64,000 bases of DNA from positions 7,948 through 71,947 of the forward strand of contig PMXQ01000080.1 of the NCBI GenBank assembly GCA_003171065.1, in the 5' to 3' direction. Made by a program: the position numbers and the translations under genes. Under the pieces are notes generated by a model. The model did no database searches, was not told the DNA's origin, and was given only the letters and a program-made list of their open reading frames with translations. Source of the DNA: Chloroflexota bacterium. GTDB lineage: Bacteria > Chloroflexota > Limnocylindria > Limnocylindrales > CSP1-4. Below are positions 1-11,249 of the stretch, piece by piece; positions within the stretch are counted from its first letter, which is position 1, and every line of letters starts with the position of its first letter.

Positions 1-573
1 CTCCGGCACCAGCCGGCCGACGAACAGGATGCCCTGGCGCCCTCCTGGGGGGTCGTCCCCCGCCGCGAACATGTCGTAGTTGATCCCAGGAGACAGCACA
101 CGGAGTCGGGTCGGGTCCGGGTTGAACCGGCGGCGAATCTCACCTGCCAGGAATGGGCTGTTGGCGAGGATCAGGTCGGCCGCCCCGAAGACACGCCGCG
201 CCATGGCGGCAGACATCCGGCTCCGCCAGGGGATGACTATCACATCCGACCCATGCGCGAAGAGCACCAGCGGGCAGCCCAGGAAGCGGGCTATCGGCGC
301 GGCAATCACGCCCGTCGGAAAGGCTATGTGAGCCTCGACCACGTCGATCTTGCCGGTCCTGCGCACGCGCGCACCTACAGCCGCGGCTGATGCTCTAATG
401 ACCAGGCTGGCGTACTTCCGGCCGCGCTCCTTATGGGCCTTGGGACGCGTGATTGCCACGACCTGGACCTCAGCCCCCGCTCGCCTCAGGGCCTCCACGC
501 GTGCCGCGATGAACGTGCCGAAATCCGGGTGACGCTCGCTCGGGTACAGGTTCGAGATTACCAGGATGCGCAA
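1..573 (-). CDS. Glycosyltransferase family 4, N-terminal part (gene runs off the window start)
   Basis: Reverse-strand translation from TTG at 573 gives (M)RILVISNLYPSERHPDFGTFIAARVEALRRAGAEVQVVAI...LFAHGSDV...ILFVGRLVPE, a typical GT-B/GT4 N-domain. It is absent from the ORF track because it is open at the window edge. Confidence 0.75.
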   Translation of the reverse strand, partial: MRILVISNLYPSERHPDFGTFIAARVEALRRAGAEVQVVAITRPKAHKERGRKYASLVIRASAAAVGARVRRTGKIDVVEAHIAFPTGVIAAPIARFLGCPLVLFAHGSDVIVIPWRSRMSAAMARRVFGAADLILANSPFLAGEIRRRFNPDPTRLRVLSPGINYDMFAAGDDPPGGRQGILFVGRLVPE

Positions 574-839
574 TTCTTCAGCCTCTCACGAGTGCTCGTG
601 TGATCCGACCAACGCGCCCGTGACTCTTGCGGCCGGCAACCGGCCCGGCCTCTCGCCTCTCGGGCTGTTGGGTAGCGGCTCTGGGGCCGGGTGCCTTCGG
701 AGCCTGCGTGATGCGGACCCGGTGCCGATCCTCCGGAGTGGGTGGACACCACGCTGAAGCTATTCTTGCATCCTCATCCGGTATGGCGCTTGCGCCGCAC
801 GCTCGAACGGTTCGCGGCGCGCGCCGAGTGCACAGCAAC

Positions 840-2363
840 TCACTCACGGTCAGTCAGCACTTGCTGCGGCGCTTTCGGCTGACCCCCGAGGCCTCGGGCC
901 CCGGTTGCCCTCCACACCAGGAGCACTACGGCCGCCAGAAGGGCACCGCCGAGGAGAAGACGGACGACGAAACCCACCGGCCCGTGGACAGGGATGGCTT
1001 GGATCGCGCCGGCGATGGCCAATCCAATCGCCATCCCGCCCACGGTCCATAGGGCGAGTTCTCGGAGGGGGATGTCGAGGCGACGTGACGCGACAAGAGG
1101 GACCACCGCGAGGTCGGCAAGAGTCAGCATCAGCAGGCTCGAGATCGCCACTCCAATCGGCCCGATGACATGAGCCAGGATGATCGACAAGATGAGGTTG
1201 ATGGTGGCCTCGATAACCACGAGAGTTCCCACGATTCCGTGGCGGCCATGGGCGATCAGCATGAGGATCAGTACATTGGAGGGACACACGGCGATCAATG
1301 CGATCGCGTAGGTCCTCAGGACCGACACGCTCAACGGGTCTACCCGGCCGACCCAGAGATTCAGAATGGCGTCTGCCTCCAGAGCCAGGCTACCGAACGC
1401 CGCCGCCCCGAAGATGCAGCACAGCAGCAGAGCTCTCAGCAGAACGCTGCGAACCAGATGGGGTTCGCGTGCCTGGACCGACGAAAACGTCGGTAGCAGG
1501 ACACCAAATGTCGAGAATAAGAACTGAGACGCGTAGCGCGCCAATTGGAAACCGGCGGCATACAGACCGACCGTGGTCGACGTGGCAATGGTGCTCACCA
1601 CGATGATGTCGGTTCCTATGCCGAGCTGCGTAGACAACTGCATAGCCAGGATCGGCAGCGAGAATGCGCCCACCGCCAGCAGAGCCGCTCGAGTGCGACG
1701 TCGCGGCATGAGGCCGAACCACGGCATCAAGCGCCGCAGCAGCCGGGCAGCTAGAAGGCGGGAGACGATTCGTCCGATGATCTGGCCACAGCCAGCGCCC
1801 ACAAGGCCGAGACTCGGGAAAAGAGCGATCGTGGCCACAATGGACACGCCCACATGTGTCAGGTTCGTGATGAGCACAAGGTCGAATCGGCGCGCTCCGC
1901 GGAGGGCGCCCATCCAGGCTGACGTCCCGAGCACGATCGCGACGTCTATCGAGAGCGTGACGCCGACCAGCCAGGCAAGGAACGCCGCGCTCCCATCCAG
2001 GCGCAGGAGCAACGGCACCAACACGGACCCGATCGTGCCGAGGATGGCGGCGACCACACCCAAGGCGGCATACAACGAGTTGGATGTCCTCACCCGCTCG
2101 ATGGCGTCGGCGTTTCCGGCGATTGCTCGGGCCGCCTCGCGCGTCGTGGTGTTGGCAAGTCCAGAGTCGAGGAGCGTGAGCCAGCCGATCAGCGCCATCC
2201 CCGTCGCCCACGGCGCATAGCCGGCGGGCCCGAGGATGCGAAGAAAGAAGGCTATGAGCAGCAAGGAGTACACGCCCGGTGCGAACGTGGCGGCGATGTT
2301 CAGCAGACCGTGGCGAGGCAAGCCGGCGAGCGGGTCTCGAGATGACGTCACGTTCTCAGCCAT
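840..2363 (-). CDS. Polysaccharide flippase, MOP/Wzx-like multi-pass membrane protein
   Basis: 507-aa hydrophobic ORF with about 12 or more predicted TM segments (GLLNIAATFAPGVYSLLLIAFFLRILGPAGYAPWATGMALIGWL). It lies in the same-strand block as gmd/rmd and a GT4. Confidence 0.7.
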   Translation of the reverse strand: MAENVTSSRDPLAGLPRHGLLNIAATFAPGVYSLLLIAFFLRILGPAGYAPWATGMALIGWLTLLDSGLANTTTREAARAIAGNADAIERVRTSNSLYAALGVVAAILGTIGSVLVPLLLRLDGSAAFLAWLVGVTLSIDVAIVLGTSAWMGALRGARRFDLVLITNLTHVGVSIVATIALFPSLGLVGAGCGQIIGRIVSRLLAARLLRRLMPWFGLMPRRRTRAALLAVGAFSLPILAMQLSTQLGIGTDIIVVSTIATSTTVGLYAAGFQLARYASQFLFSTFGVLLPTFSSVQAREPHLVRSVLLRALLLCCIFGAAAFGSLALEADAILNLWVGRVDPLSVSVLRTYAIALIAVCPSNVLILMLIAHGRHGIVGTLVVIEATINLILSIILAHVIGPIGVAISSLLMLTLADLAVVPLVASRRLDIPLRELALWTVGGMAIGLAIAGAIQAIPVHGPVGFVVRLLLGGALLAAVVLLVWRATGARGLGGQPKAPQQVLTDRE

Positions 2364-2617
2364 GCCCTACGCCCAGAGAGCTCTTGCGTGGGTGCCATTG
2401 GTGGGAGGGGCAGGCAGACGACCAAGGCTGGTTGGCGAACGGCTCCCCGGTCAATGCCGGCTCCGACCACAAGGGCTCGTGGCCGCTGAAAAGCGTGTGT
2501 GATGCATCGGCGAATGATAGCGTGTGATCCTGGCCCGCCGGGTTTCCCCGCCAGCGTCGAGCGCCGGAGCTGACCCGAGTCGCTGAAGCGACACCCGCCC
2601 GGTGATGCCGCCGCAAG

Positions 2618-3529
2618 CTACAGAGTGGCCAGGAGATCCCGCAGCGTTTGTTCTAGCGGAATGCGGGGGTGCCAGCCTACCAGCTTGCGGATGAGACTGG
2701 CATCGCCTCTGATCTCGACGGGATCGCCCGTCCGGACGAGCGATTGGTCGATCTCGATTGCCGGCGTGACCCCGACCAGAGCGCACAGGCGCTCGATAAC
2801 GGAGCGGACGGTGACGACCTCACCGGAGGCGACGTTGACGATGGTGCAGCGATCGGAGAGCGCGCCGCGAGCCGCGGCCTCCAGCAGCATCCTGTAAGCC
2901 ACGACGACGTCGCGGACGTCGGTCAGGTCGCGGCGAACGTCGACGTTCCCCGCCGGGATCGAGGTTGCTTGCCCTCGCTTCACTGCCAAGACACGTTGCG
3001 CCATCGCAGGAACGACGAAGACCGGGCGCTGACCGGGCCCCGTGTGATTGAACGATCGAGTAACGACGACCGGGAACCCATATCTGGCAGAGGCCTCGGC
3101 CGACACGGCCTCCTGGGCCACCTTCGACAGGGCGTAAGGGTGGCTGGGAGCGAGCGGCGCATCCTCGCGGAGGGGCAGATCCTGGGGCCGAGGCGGGCCG
3201 TACGAGTCCGCGGAGCCGCTGACCAGGACGGGCGGCCGGATGCCGAGTTCGCGCAACGCTTCGAAGAGCGCCACGGTGCCACCGACATTGACACGAAAGG
3301 CCTCGCCCGGATCCTGTCCGGCGTCCGGCGCGAACGCCATCCCGGCCAGGTGGACGACCGCGTCGGGGGCTCCGCCCTGGTGATCCAGCCAGCGGACGAG
3401 AGCCGGCCGATCCGCGATGTCGAGCACCTCCGGCCCGGGTGTCTCCACGACCTCGTGGCGGTGGCTGGTCAGTTCCCTTGCCAGCCACCGGCCGACAAAG
3501 CCATTCGCACCGGTGATGAAGACGCGCAT
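2618..3529 (-). CDS. rmd: GDP-4-dehydro-6-deoxy-D-mannose reductase-like SDR (Rmd-like)
   Basis: Rossmann motif MRVFITGANGFVGRWL, YxxxK (HPYALSKVAQ) and FNHTGPGQ as in Rmd-type reductases. It sits immediately downstream of gmd with a 5-nt gap. Confidence 0.65.
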   Translation of the reverse strand: MRVFITGANGFVGRWLARELTSHRHEVVETPGPEVLDIADRPALVRWLDHQGGAPDAVVHLAGMAFAPDAGQDPGEAFRVNVGGTVALFEALRELGIRPPVLVSGSADSYGPPRPQDLPLREDAPLAPSHPYALSKVAQEAVSAEASARYGFPVVVTRSFNHTGPGQRPVFVVPAMAQRVLAVKRGQATSIPAGNVDVRRDLTDVRDVVVAYRMLLEAAARGALSDRCTIVNVASGEVVTVRSVIERLCALVGVTPAIEIDQSLVRTGDPVEIRGDASLIRKLVGWHPRIPLEQTLRDLLATL

Positions 3530-3534
3530 CGCAA

Positions 3535-4575
<1,041 letters not shown>

Positions 4576-4781
4576 TCAGGCGCCAGCGCGGGCCGCCGCG
4601 GCGGGAGGCCGGCCACGCGCCGGTCGGGCGAGACGGGCCGGTCGCAGGACGTCTGGCTCGCCCAGACCCGTGCGATCCCTCGGCGCCGCTGCTGGCGGAG
4701 CTGGACAGCCCGGCGCTACAGCCGGCCTCAACCCTACCTATAATCGCCGGGTCCACAGGGCTCAGGTAACGAGGAGGATCA

Positions 4782-6311
4782 ATGGCGGAAGCGGTCGCCC
4801 AGTCTGCTCACGGCGACGACACGAGCGACGGCTCCGCGCCCAAATGGATCGCCCAGCTCATGACCTGGGCTCTGATCCTGCTGCTTGTGTGGCTGCCGCT
4901 CCAGACCCCGATAGCCATCGCCGTGTTCCAGTACGGCCACTCGGAGAGTCTCGCGCGAGCGGTGTTGCTCCTGAAAGACGCCTCCGTCGCTCTGCTGGTG
5001 CTCTTCTCTCTGGCCGTAACGTGGCGCTCTCTCAAACTGCGTTGGTTCGACTACGTGGCGATCGCCTACGTGGTTGTGGTCGCCATCTACTCGACGGTCC
5101 CCTGGCTTCTGGGCTCACATCAGACGATAACGGTCGTGGCTTCCTCCGCACGCCAGTTCGCGATGCCGGTTGAGGCCTACGCTCTCGGCCGCCTGGCCTT
5201 CCTGGCCGGCGCCGACGTGAAGTTCATCTTCAAGGCCTTCGTGGCCGCTTCGGCCGTGGTCGCGTTGATGGGCGTCGCCGAGTACTTCTTTCTGCCGATC
5301 ACTTTCTGGTCGTCGACACTCGATCTAGTGACCTTCGAACGTGTGGTCCAGAGCATTCCCGGCGCCAAGAATCTGTGGAATATCGCCTTGCTCGGAGCAT
5401 ACGGAGCAGGTACAGGGGTGTATCCGCGTTCCATAGCTACCTTCACACACCCGGTAGGGGCCGGACTGTACTTCCTCCTCCCGATGGGCCTCACCGTGGC
5501 GGCGTGGTTTAGCGGAGAGGCGCGTGGCAGGCGGCTGATGACCGTCGGGTTGGTGGCTTTGGCGCTGTTGTTCGGCCTGGCGACGATCGTGACCATCTCT
5601 CGGGGGGCCTGGGTTGCGGCGGCGGCAATCGTGATCATATGTGGCTACGCCTTTCGCCGATTCCGCCTGGCCATCCTTTGCCTCGCCATCGCCGGCATCT
5701 TCATCGCGGGCGTGCCTCCGTTCAACACGTCGATCACGTCGGCTCTGGACCGGAACGATGCCTCGGTGCTCGGCCACATCGAGGCGATCGGCCGCGATGT
5801 GGAGACCGGGATCACCAATGTCTTCGGTCTTGGGCTCGGCAGTGCCGATCGGGTCGTCATGAAGAACGCTGCGCCCCCAAAGCCAAAGCATTCCACCGGA
5901 TCGGTCACCCAGACAACGACGGGCAGCAACGACGCCGAGTCGGTTGGGCTCGGCGAAGACCTCTATCTCTCGGTCTTCATATCCACGGGTCCTCTCGGGG
6001 CGCTGACATTCGTGGCCTGGTGCCTTGGTTTGATCGTGGCGCTTCTGCGGGGCGCGAGGCGATCACCTAACAGATGGCTCCTGATCGGTGCCTCGGCCGC
6101 TCTGATCGGGGCCCTCTTTTCGGCGCTGACGTGCTCCGCGCTGATGCGATTCACGACTGCGGCGTCGGTTTGGCTGCTGCTGGGTCTGGCCACGGGTCTG
6201 GTCCTGGCCGTCTCGCCAGAGGCCGGCGATCCCCTGCGGCTGACCTTCTGGCGTCGTCGACAGCGTGCCCTACCCGTGCCGTCTGATCAGTCGGAGAGCG
6301 ACCCCGCATAG
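4782..6311 (+). CDS. O-antigen ligase / Wzy-like polymerase family membrane protein
   Basis: 509 aa, multi-pass, with a Wzy_C-like segment TISRGAWVAAAAIVIICGYAF followed by a large loop. It is divergent from gmd. Confidence 0.65.
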   Translation: MAEAVAQSAHGDDTSDGSAPKWIAQLMTWALILLLVWLPLQTPIAIAVFQYGHSESLARAVLLLKDASVALLVLFSLAVTWRSLKLRWFDYVAIAYVVVVAIYSTVPWLLGSHQTITVVASSARQFAMPVEAYALGRLAFLAGADVKFIFKAFVAASAVVALMGVAEYFFLPITFWSSTLDLVTFERVVQSIPGAKNLWNIALLGAYGAGTGVYPRSIATFTHPVGAGLYFLLPMGLTVAAWFSGEARGRRLMTVGLVALALLFGLATIVTISRGAWVAAAAIVIICGYAFRRFRLAILCLAIAGIFIAGVPPFNTSITSALDRNDASVLGHIEAIGRDVETGITNVFGLGLGSADRVVMKNAAPPKPKHSTGSVTQTTTGSNDAESVGLGEDLYLSVFISTGPLGALTFVAWCLGLIVALLRGARRSPNRWLLIGASAALIGALFSALTCSALMRFTTAASVWLLLGLATGLVLAVSPEAGDPLRLTFWRRRQRALPVPSDQSESDPA

Positions 6312-6341
6312 CTACGACATTGCCGCAGGCGCGAGGCTGCG

Positions 6342-7529
6342 CTACTTTCCGTGCGGCCGGACACCCCGCTCAACATACAACCCCTCTATCTGGCCGCGGA
6401 GGCGGTCGATGTCGTAGTTGAGTGCCTGAGCGCGTAGCTGCGCGGATATGTGGTCGAGGTCGGCCTTGCTGGCCTGGAGAAGAGAGCGGATGGATCCGGC
6501 CGCCGCCTCCGGTTCGTCGAAGTCGACGAGTTGGGCTGCGAGTCCGCTACCCAGTAGCTGCCCGTGGGCCGGAATCCGACGAGCTATCAGCGGCACGCCG
6601 GCGGCCATGGCCTCCAGTAGCGCAATCCCAAAACCTTCGCCCTTGCTCGGGAACGCGGCCACTGCCGCGGAGCTGAGCAGACGTGGCAGCTCCTCTTCTG
6701 GGAAGCCGAAGATGTAAGTCACTCGGTCCCGCACCCTCAGGTCGTCGACCCGCGCCTCGACCCGGGCCAGCTCCTCGGGGTCCGGCGTGCCCGCAATGAC
6801 CAGCGACCATTCGACGTCGTGTATCCGACTCATCGCCCGAACGAGATCGGGCAGGGCCTTGTTGGGTACGATCCTGCCGATCGACACGACCCGGCCCGGC
6901 ACCGGGTCGCGGTCCAGGCTCAGCAGCGGCTTCAGCGGGATGGCGTTCAGGTAGAGGGAAGTCACCTTCGCCAGATACGGTGCGTCGCGCAGCAGCAGAG
7001 CCCGATCGGAGTCGCTGTCGGCCACCACCCGAAACCGGCCCAGGCGCAGCAGCGGGCCGAAGTAGAGGCGCATCGCCAGTCGCTTGAGTCTGACCGCGCC
7101 TCCTGAGTGGAATATCAAGCCGTGGGTGTGGAAGACGCGGGGCCGACGCGCCGCGACGCCACCGATCAGGCAACTGACCATCGCGAAACGGGCGTCATGA
7201 AGATGCACAACGTCGTGGCGAGCGATCTCCCGCCAGATCCGGTCCGGCCGATACGGGATCGCGACCTGCGGAGTGCCCCACCCCGGAACGCGAACCACAT
7301 CCAGGCCGTCCAGGGTCTCCCGACCGGGAAGGCCCCTTCTGGGCCCGGCGGTGTCTCGATCCAGCGTCAGGATCGTGACTCGGCAACCCGCCTCGACCTG
7401 CGAGACCGCGAGGTCGTGCACGTACTTCTGCGTGCCCCCAACGAATGGGTAATACCGCCGACATATGTGGAGAACCCGAAGCGGAGCCGCGGACCGAATC
7501 GACCCTTCTGCCGGCGTCGACGTCGTCAC
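6342..7529 (-). CDS. Glycosyltransferase family 4
   Basis: LRVLHICRRYYPFVGGTQKYVHDLA in the N-domain and an EX7E-type C-terminal motif (KGEGFGIALLEAMAAGVPLIA). The start is moved to the in-frame GTG at 7529 because the upstream 36 aa are Arg/Pro-rich and look non-coding. Confidence 0.75.
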   Translation of the reverse strand: MTTSTPAEGSIRSAAPLRVLHICRRYYPFVGGTQKYVHDLAVSQVEAGCRVTILTLDRDTAGPRRGLPGRETLDGLDVVRVPGWGTPQVAIPYRPDRIWREIARHDVVHLHDARFAMVSCLIGGVAARRPRVFHTHGLIFHSGGAVRLKRLAMRLYFGPLLRLGRFRVVADSDSDRALLLRDAPYLAKVTSLYLNAIPLKPLLSLDRDPVPGRVVSIGRIVPNKALPDLVRAMSRIHDVEWSLVIAGTPDPEELARVEARVDDLRVRDRVTYIFGFPEEELPRLLSSAAVAAFPSKGEGFGIALLEAMAAGVPLIARRIPAHGQLLGSGLAAQLVDFDEPEAAAGSIRSLLQASKADLDHISAQLRAQALNYDIDRLRGQIEGLYVERGVRPHGK

Positions 7530-7748
7530 GATTCTGCGCCGCCCTGACCCCGGGCTGGCAGCCGGCGGGTCACACCTGCGACCGTGAGGTCCATCGCGCG
7601 GACGATCTGAGGATCGGGAGCAGGGCGGCCGGGCCACCGGTGGAGGTCATGCACGCGTGGAGTATGACGAGCAACGAGCCTGAGAGCCTGCCGTTCGCGT
7701 CGATGGCGCCCGGAACTCCGCCGAAGGCATGTCACACAAGACCTCAGG

Positions 7749-8975
7749 TCAATCGATGAGGCGAGAGTACGCCTCGATGAGTCGGCGGCCGGACGATTCC
7801 CAGGAATAGTCCAGGTCGCGCAACCGGTTGCCGGCGGCGACGGTCAGTTCATCCAGAAGGGGTCGATTGCCGGCAACGCGAGCCATCGTCAGCGCCAGGC
7901 CCTCGGCGCTTGGCTCCTCCACGACGAGTCCGGCCGGGCCCAGGACTCTCTTGGTCTCGGCCAGGTCGAACATGAGTGCGGGCCGGCCCATGGCCAGGTA
8001 CTCGACCACCTTCGTCATGGTCGACACGTTGTTGAACGGCGTGGGTGGGTCGGGGCACACGCACACGTGCGACGCGGCCAGCAACGGCACGAAGCGCTCC
8101 GCCTGCTGGTAGCCGTGGAAGACCAGTCGATCGGCGATGCCCAGCTCGGCGGCGAGCCGCTCCAGTCGTGGACGGGCCTCGCCGTCGCCGACGAGGTCGA
8201 CGACAAACTGCAGGTCCGGTTCGATCTGGCGCAGGATGGCGGCGGCCTCGACGAGTATCTCGACTCCGTCCTGGGAACCCATCACGCCCAGATACCCAAA
8301 TCTGAAGGGCGAGTCGCTCTGGGGACCGTGGCCTTCAGCCAGTGTGCGGAAATGATCGGCCGGTGGGGCGTTGCGAACCACGACCAGCCGATCCTCCGGA
8401 ACCTTGCCGCGCTCCCTGGCGATTCGGGCGTATGTGTCGTTGGGCACGATGACCAGATCCGCGGTGCGATAAGAGGCTTCCTCGAGCTTCTCGGTGAGCC
8501 AGCGAAGCAGCCGGCCGACGCGCCGGTCTCCCCATTTGGCGGCGCTCAGTTCCGGATTGGCGTCGTGTTGGTCGTACACGTAACGGGCGCCAACGGCCCG
8601 CCCGCCCAGACCGAGCAAGAAGAACAGATCCGGCGGGTTGCAGCCGTGCAGCGCGTCGACGCGCCGATGACTGCGGAGCCACAGCAGCCAGGCTGCCGTG
8701 AACAGCATCGATGGGGCGTATTCGATGAGATAGCCACTCAATCCGGAGGCAGCGCGCTGCGGGTAGCGGAGAATCCTCACTCGATCGCGTGTCTCGCGCC
8801 TCGCGGCCATGCCGTCGCGGCCTTTGGGGGAGATCACGGTCACGTCGTAGCCCGCTTCGACCAGCGCCTGCGCCTCGAGCCAGACACGTCGATCGAGGGG
8901 AACCGGCAGGTTCTCGTCCAGGATCACGATGTGTCGCTGGCGCGACTTGCGGCGGGCCGGCATTCTAGCCTCCAA
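7749..8975 (-). CDS. Glycosyltransferase family 4 (WbuB/WcaI-like)
   Basis: HIVILDENLPVPLDRRVWLEAQALVEAGYDVTVISPKG N-domain plus a GT-B C-domain (VVEYLAMGRPALMF). Confidence 0.8.
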   Translation of the reverse strand: MEARMPARRKSRQRHIVILDENLPVPLDRRVWLEAQALVEAGYDVTVISPKGRDGMAARRETRDRVRILRYPQRAASGLSGYLIEYAPSMLFTAAWLLWLRSHRRVDALHGCNPPDLFFLLGLGGRAVGARYVYDQHDANPELSAAKWGDRRVGRLLRWLTEKLEEASYRTADLVIVPNDTYARIARERGKVPEDRLVVVRNAPPADHFRTLAEGHGPQSDSPFRFGYLGVMGSQDGVEILVEAAAILRQIEPDLQFVVDLVGDGEARPRLERLAAELGIADRLVFHGYQQAERFVPLLAASHVCVCPDPPTPFNNVSTMTKVVEYLAMGRPALMFDLAETKRVLGPAGLVVEEPSAEGLALTMARVAGNRPLLDELTVAAGNRLRDLDYSWESSGRRLIEAYSRLID

Positions 8976-9440
8976 GGGCCGGCGGCCGTTCGCGCTCGCA
9001 ACCGTCCAGCGAGCGACGACCGCGGGATGTGGTCGATGACCACCGGGGCACGGAAGAATACCGCATCACTTTGGGGACCCCTGACCTGCCACCGGCTCCG
9101 GAGCTGATGAACTGGTCACGACAGTATCGTCGGTGCCCGGGACCTATGCAAACTCGCCCTCGGCCCTTGCCGGCCCTGCGCCGGAATCGTCCGACAGCTG
9201 AGCTAAACTCGGCCGGCAGGATCCTGGAAGGCCATTGGCCAGCCGGACGGCCAGTGCATCCGAGGCATACGTCTGCCCGGCCCATCTTCGGTAGCTCTGC
9301 CGGCCCGGATGGCCGGCGGATCGGAATCCCTGGGAGTGGCCCGGGCGGCGTCGCAATCAGGAGATCTCTGCGGATCACGACGTCGCCCAGATCCGACGTC
9401 GGTACCCTTGCCCGCGACGAAAGCGAAGGGGAGACAACCA

Positions 9441-11054
9441 TTGAAGACCGTCACGGATGAGGAGTTCGGTCGCCCCATCGGCGGCTCAGGTGCCCGGCCA
9501 CAAGCCGTGTCGTCCAGGCTCGCACGGTCTGGACGCGTCCTCCTATCGCCCAGGGCAGGCTGGCTCGTCGTCGGCATTCTCATGTGCGTCGCCGCGTTTC
9601 TCACGACGCACCTGATCGGGGCCAAGAGCCTGTGGCTCGACGAGGCGATGAGCGCCAGGATCGCCCAGCTCGATCCGGTCGATGGTGTGCGCGCGACATA
9701 CGCGACACCCACGCCGGGTGCCATGGCTCTCTACTACCTCATACTTCATTTCTGGTCAGCCGTGAGCCGCGATGAAACGTGGCTCCGTATGCTCTCCGCG
9801 ATATGCGCTGTGGCTGCGATTCCTCTGGTCTACCTGTTGGGCAGCCGGCTCATCGGCCGAACGGCCGGCATAACGGCGGCCACCGTCGTTGCCCTGAGCC
9901 CATTCGTTGTGGCGCAAGGCCAGCAGGCGAGGCCATACGCTCTCGTCGTCCTGATCTCGACGGTCCTGACGCTCACGTTCTACTCGGCCATGAAAAGTGG
10001 GAGCCTCCGGATCTGGTTGCTGTACGCCGCCGTCGCGACCGCGGGCATGTATGTACACACAACAGTTGCCTACCTGATTGCTGCCCAGGGCGGCGTTGCC
10101 GGCGTCGACCTCATCCTGTTCCGCCGAGATTCGTCCCCCACGATCGCCAGGCGCGCTACGGCGGCCGCGATCATCGTCCTCGCAAGCCTCCCACTCGCAG
10201 GTCAGTTCCTGGTCCCGACGTCTGCGGGCCTCGCCTGGATCGGACCGTCAACGATCAGGAAAGTCCAAACGACCATGACGGCACTGACCGGAGGGACGAC
10301 GCTGCTTGCCGTCACCGGCGCCAGCATCCTCGCGATCCCCTTTGTGGGCTGGTCCTGGTCGAGACGCGGACGCGGACTCGAGTTCTCCATCCTCATTGCG
10401 GCAAGCGTCGCGCCGATAGTGCTCGAACTCCTTGTCTCTCTGGCGCGCCCGATGTTCATCCAGCGCTACCTGACGATGGCAGTCCCGGGACTCGCACTCG
10501 TGATCGCGTCGGCGGTCGAGCTACTGGCAACGTGGCGTCCGACGGTTGGCACCACAGCCACAACGCCGTCATCGAGGCGATCAGCGATGGTCCGCGTGGC
10601 CGCTTGGGCGGTCATCGTCGTGCTGTCGCTGGGCTCCGTCGGGGCCGTGTATGGTCCCTCGCCAGAACAATGGCGCACCGCGGTTGAGATGGTCGGCGCT
10701 GAAGCTCGACCTGGCGACGCCGTGATCGTCTATCCGGACTGGGCCCGCGTGCCGTTTGACTACTACGCCAGTCGACAGCCGATATTCCGGGAGATTACGC
10801 CCGTCTTTCCGAGCATCGGCTGGGGCCAGTACCTCCCAGACAAGGGACCGTCACTGGAGACTTCGCTGTCAAATGCCAAGCAGACGGGCCGAGTCTGGCT
10901 CATCTACCGGTCGGGAGATACGGTCCCCAAAGACGACGCCAAACTACTGGCGTCATTCGTGTCCTGCGGCACGATCCAGTCGGAGAACACCTTCCCGGAC
11001 GTGAGGGTGGTGCTCGTAGACTTCCCAGCGACGCCCTGCCACGTCGCTAAGTAG
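9441..11054 (+). CDS. GT-C fold membrane glycosyltransferase (PMT_2/ArnT, GT39-like)
   Basis: Multi-pass N-terminal half with a first-loop acidic motif (SLWLDEAMSARIAQ) and a soluble C-terminal domain. The start is placed at TTG 9441, preceded by AAGGGGAG 7 nt upstream. The ORF-track start at 9309 adds a non-hydrophobic, Arg-rich extension. Confidence 0.6.
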   Translation: MKTVTDEEFGRPIGGSGARPQAVSSRLARSGRVLLSPRAGWLVVGILMCVAAFLTTHLIGAKSLWLDEAMSARIAQLDPVDGVRATYATPTPGAMALYYLILHFWSAVSRDETWLRMLSAICAVAAIPLVYLLGSRLIGRTAGITAATVVALSPFVVAQGQQARPYALVVLISTVLTLTFYSAMKSGSLRIWLLYAAVATAGMYVHTTVAYLIAAQGGVAGVDLILFRRDSSPTIARRATAAAIIVLASLPLAGQFLVPTSAGLAWIGPSTIRKVQTTMTALTGGTTLLAVTGASILAIPFVGWSWSRRGRGLEFSILIAASVAPIVLELLVSLARPMFIQRYLTMAVPGLALVIASAVELLATWRPTVGTTATTPSSRRSAMVRVAAWAVIVVLSLGSVGAVYGPSPEQWRTAVEMVGAEARPGDAVIVYPDWARVPFDYYASRQPIFREITPVFPSIGWGQYLPDKGPSLETSLSNAKQTGRVWLIYRSGDTVPKDDAKLLASFVSCGTIQSENTFPDVRVVLVDFPATPCHVAK

Positions 11055-11249
11055 CCGTCGCGGGGCACCTGTGGCGCGCGGCGATCATGGGCTAGGGCTG
11101 AGGGCGAGACAGAGAGCCGTGTGACCGACCTGTGCCATGGGTGTCTCGACGGCTTGGGCGGTCGCCCAGATCGGGATCACGACGTGGAGATCGACCTCTC
11201 GCGTCGGGCAGACACCCGGGAGACCCGAGTTTGACCCTCAGTCGGGGGA

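Noticed and set aside
2578-2591. Hairpin GTCGC-TGAA-GCGAC between rmd and the flippase as a terminator
   Set aside because: The stem is short, there is no U-tract, and the flanking genes look co-transcribed. This is insufficient for a terminator call.
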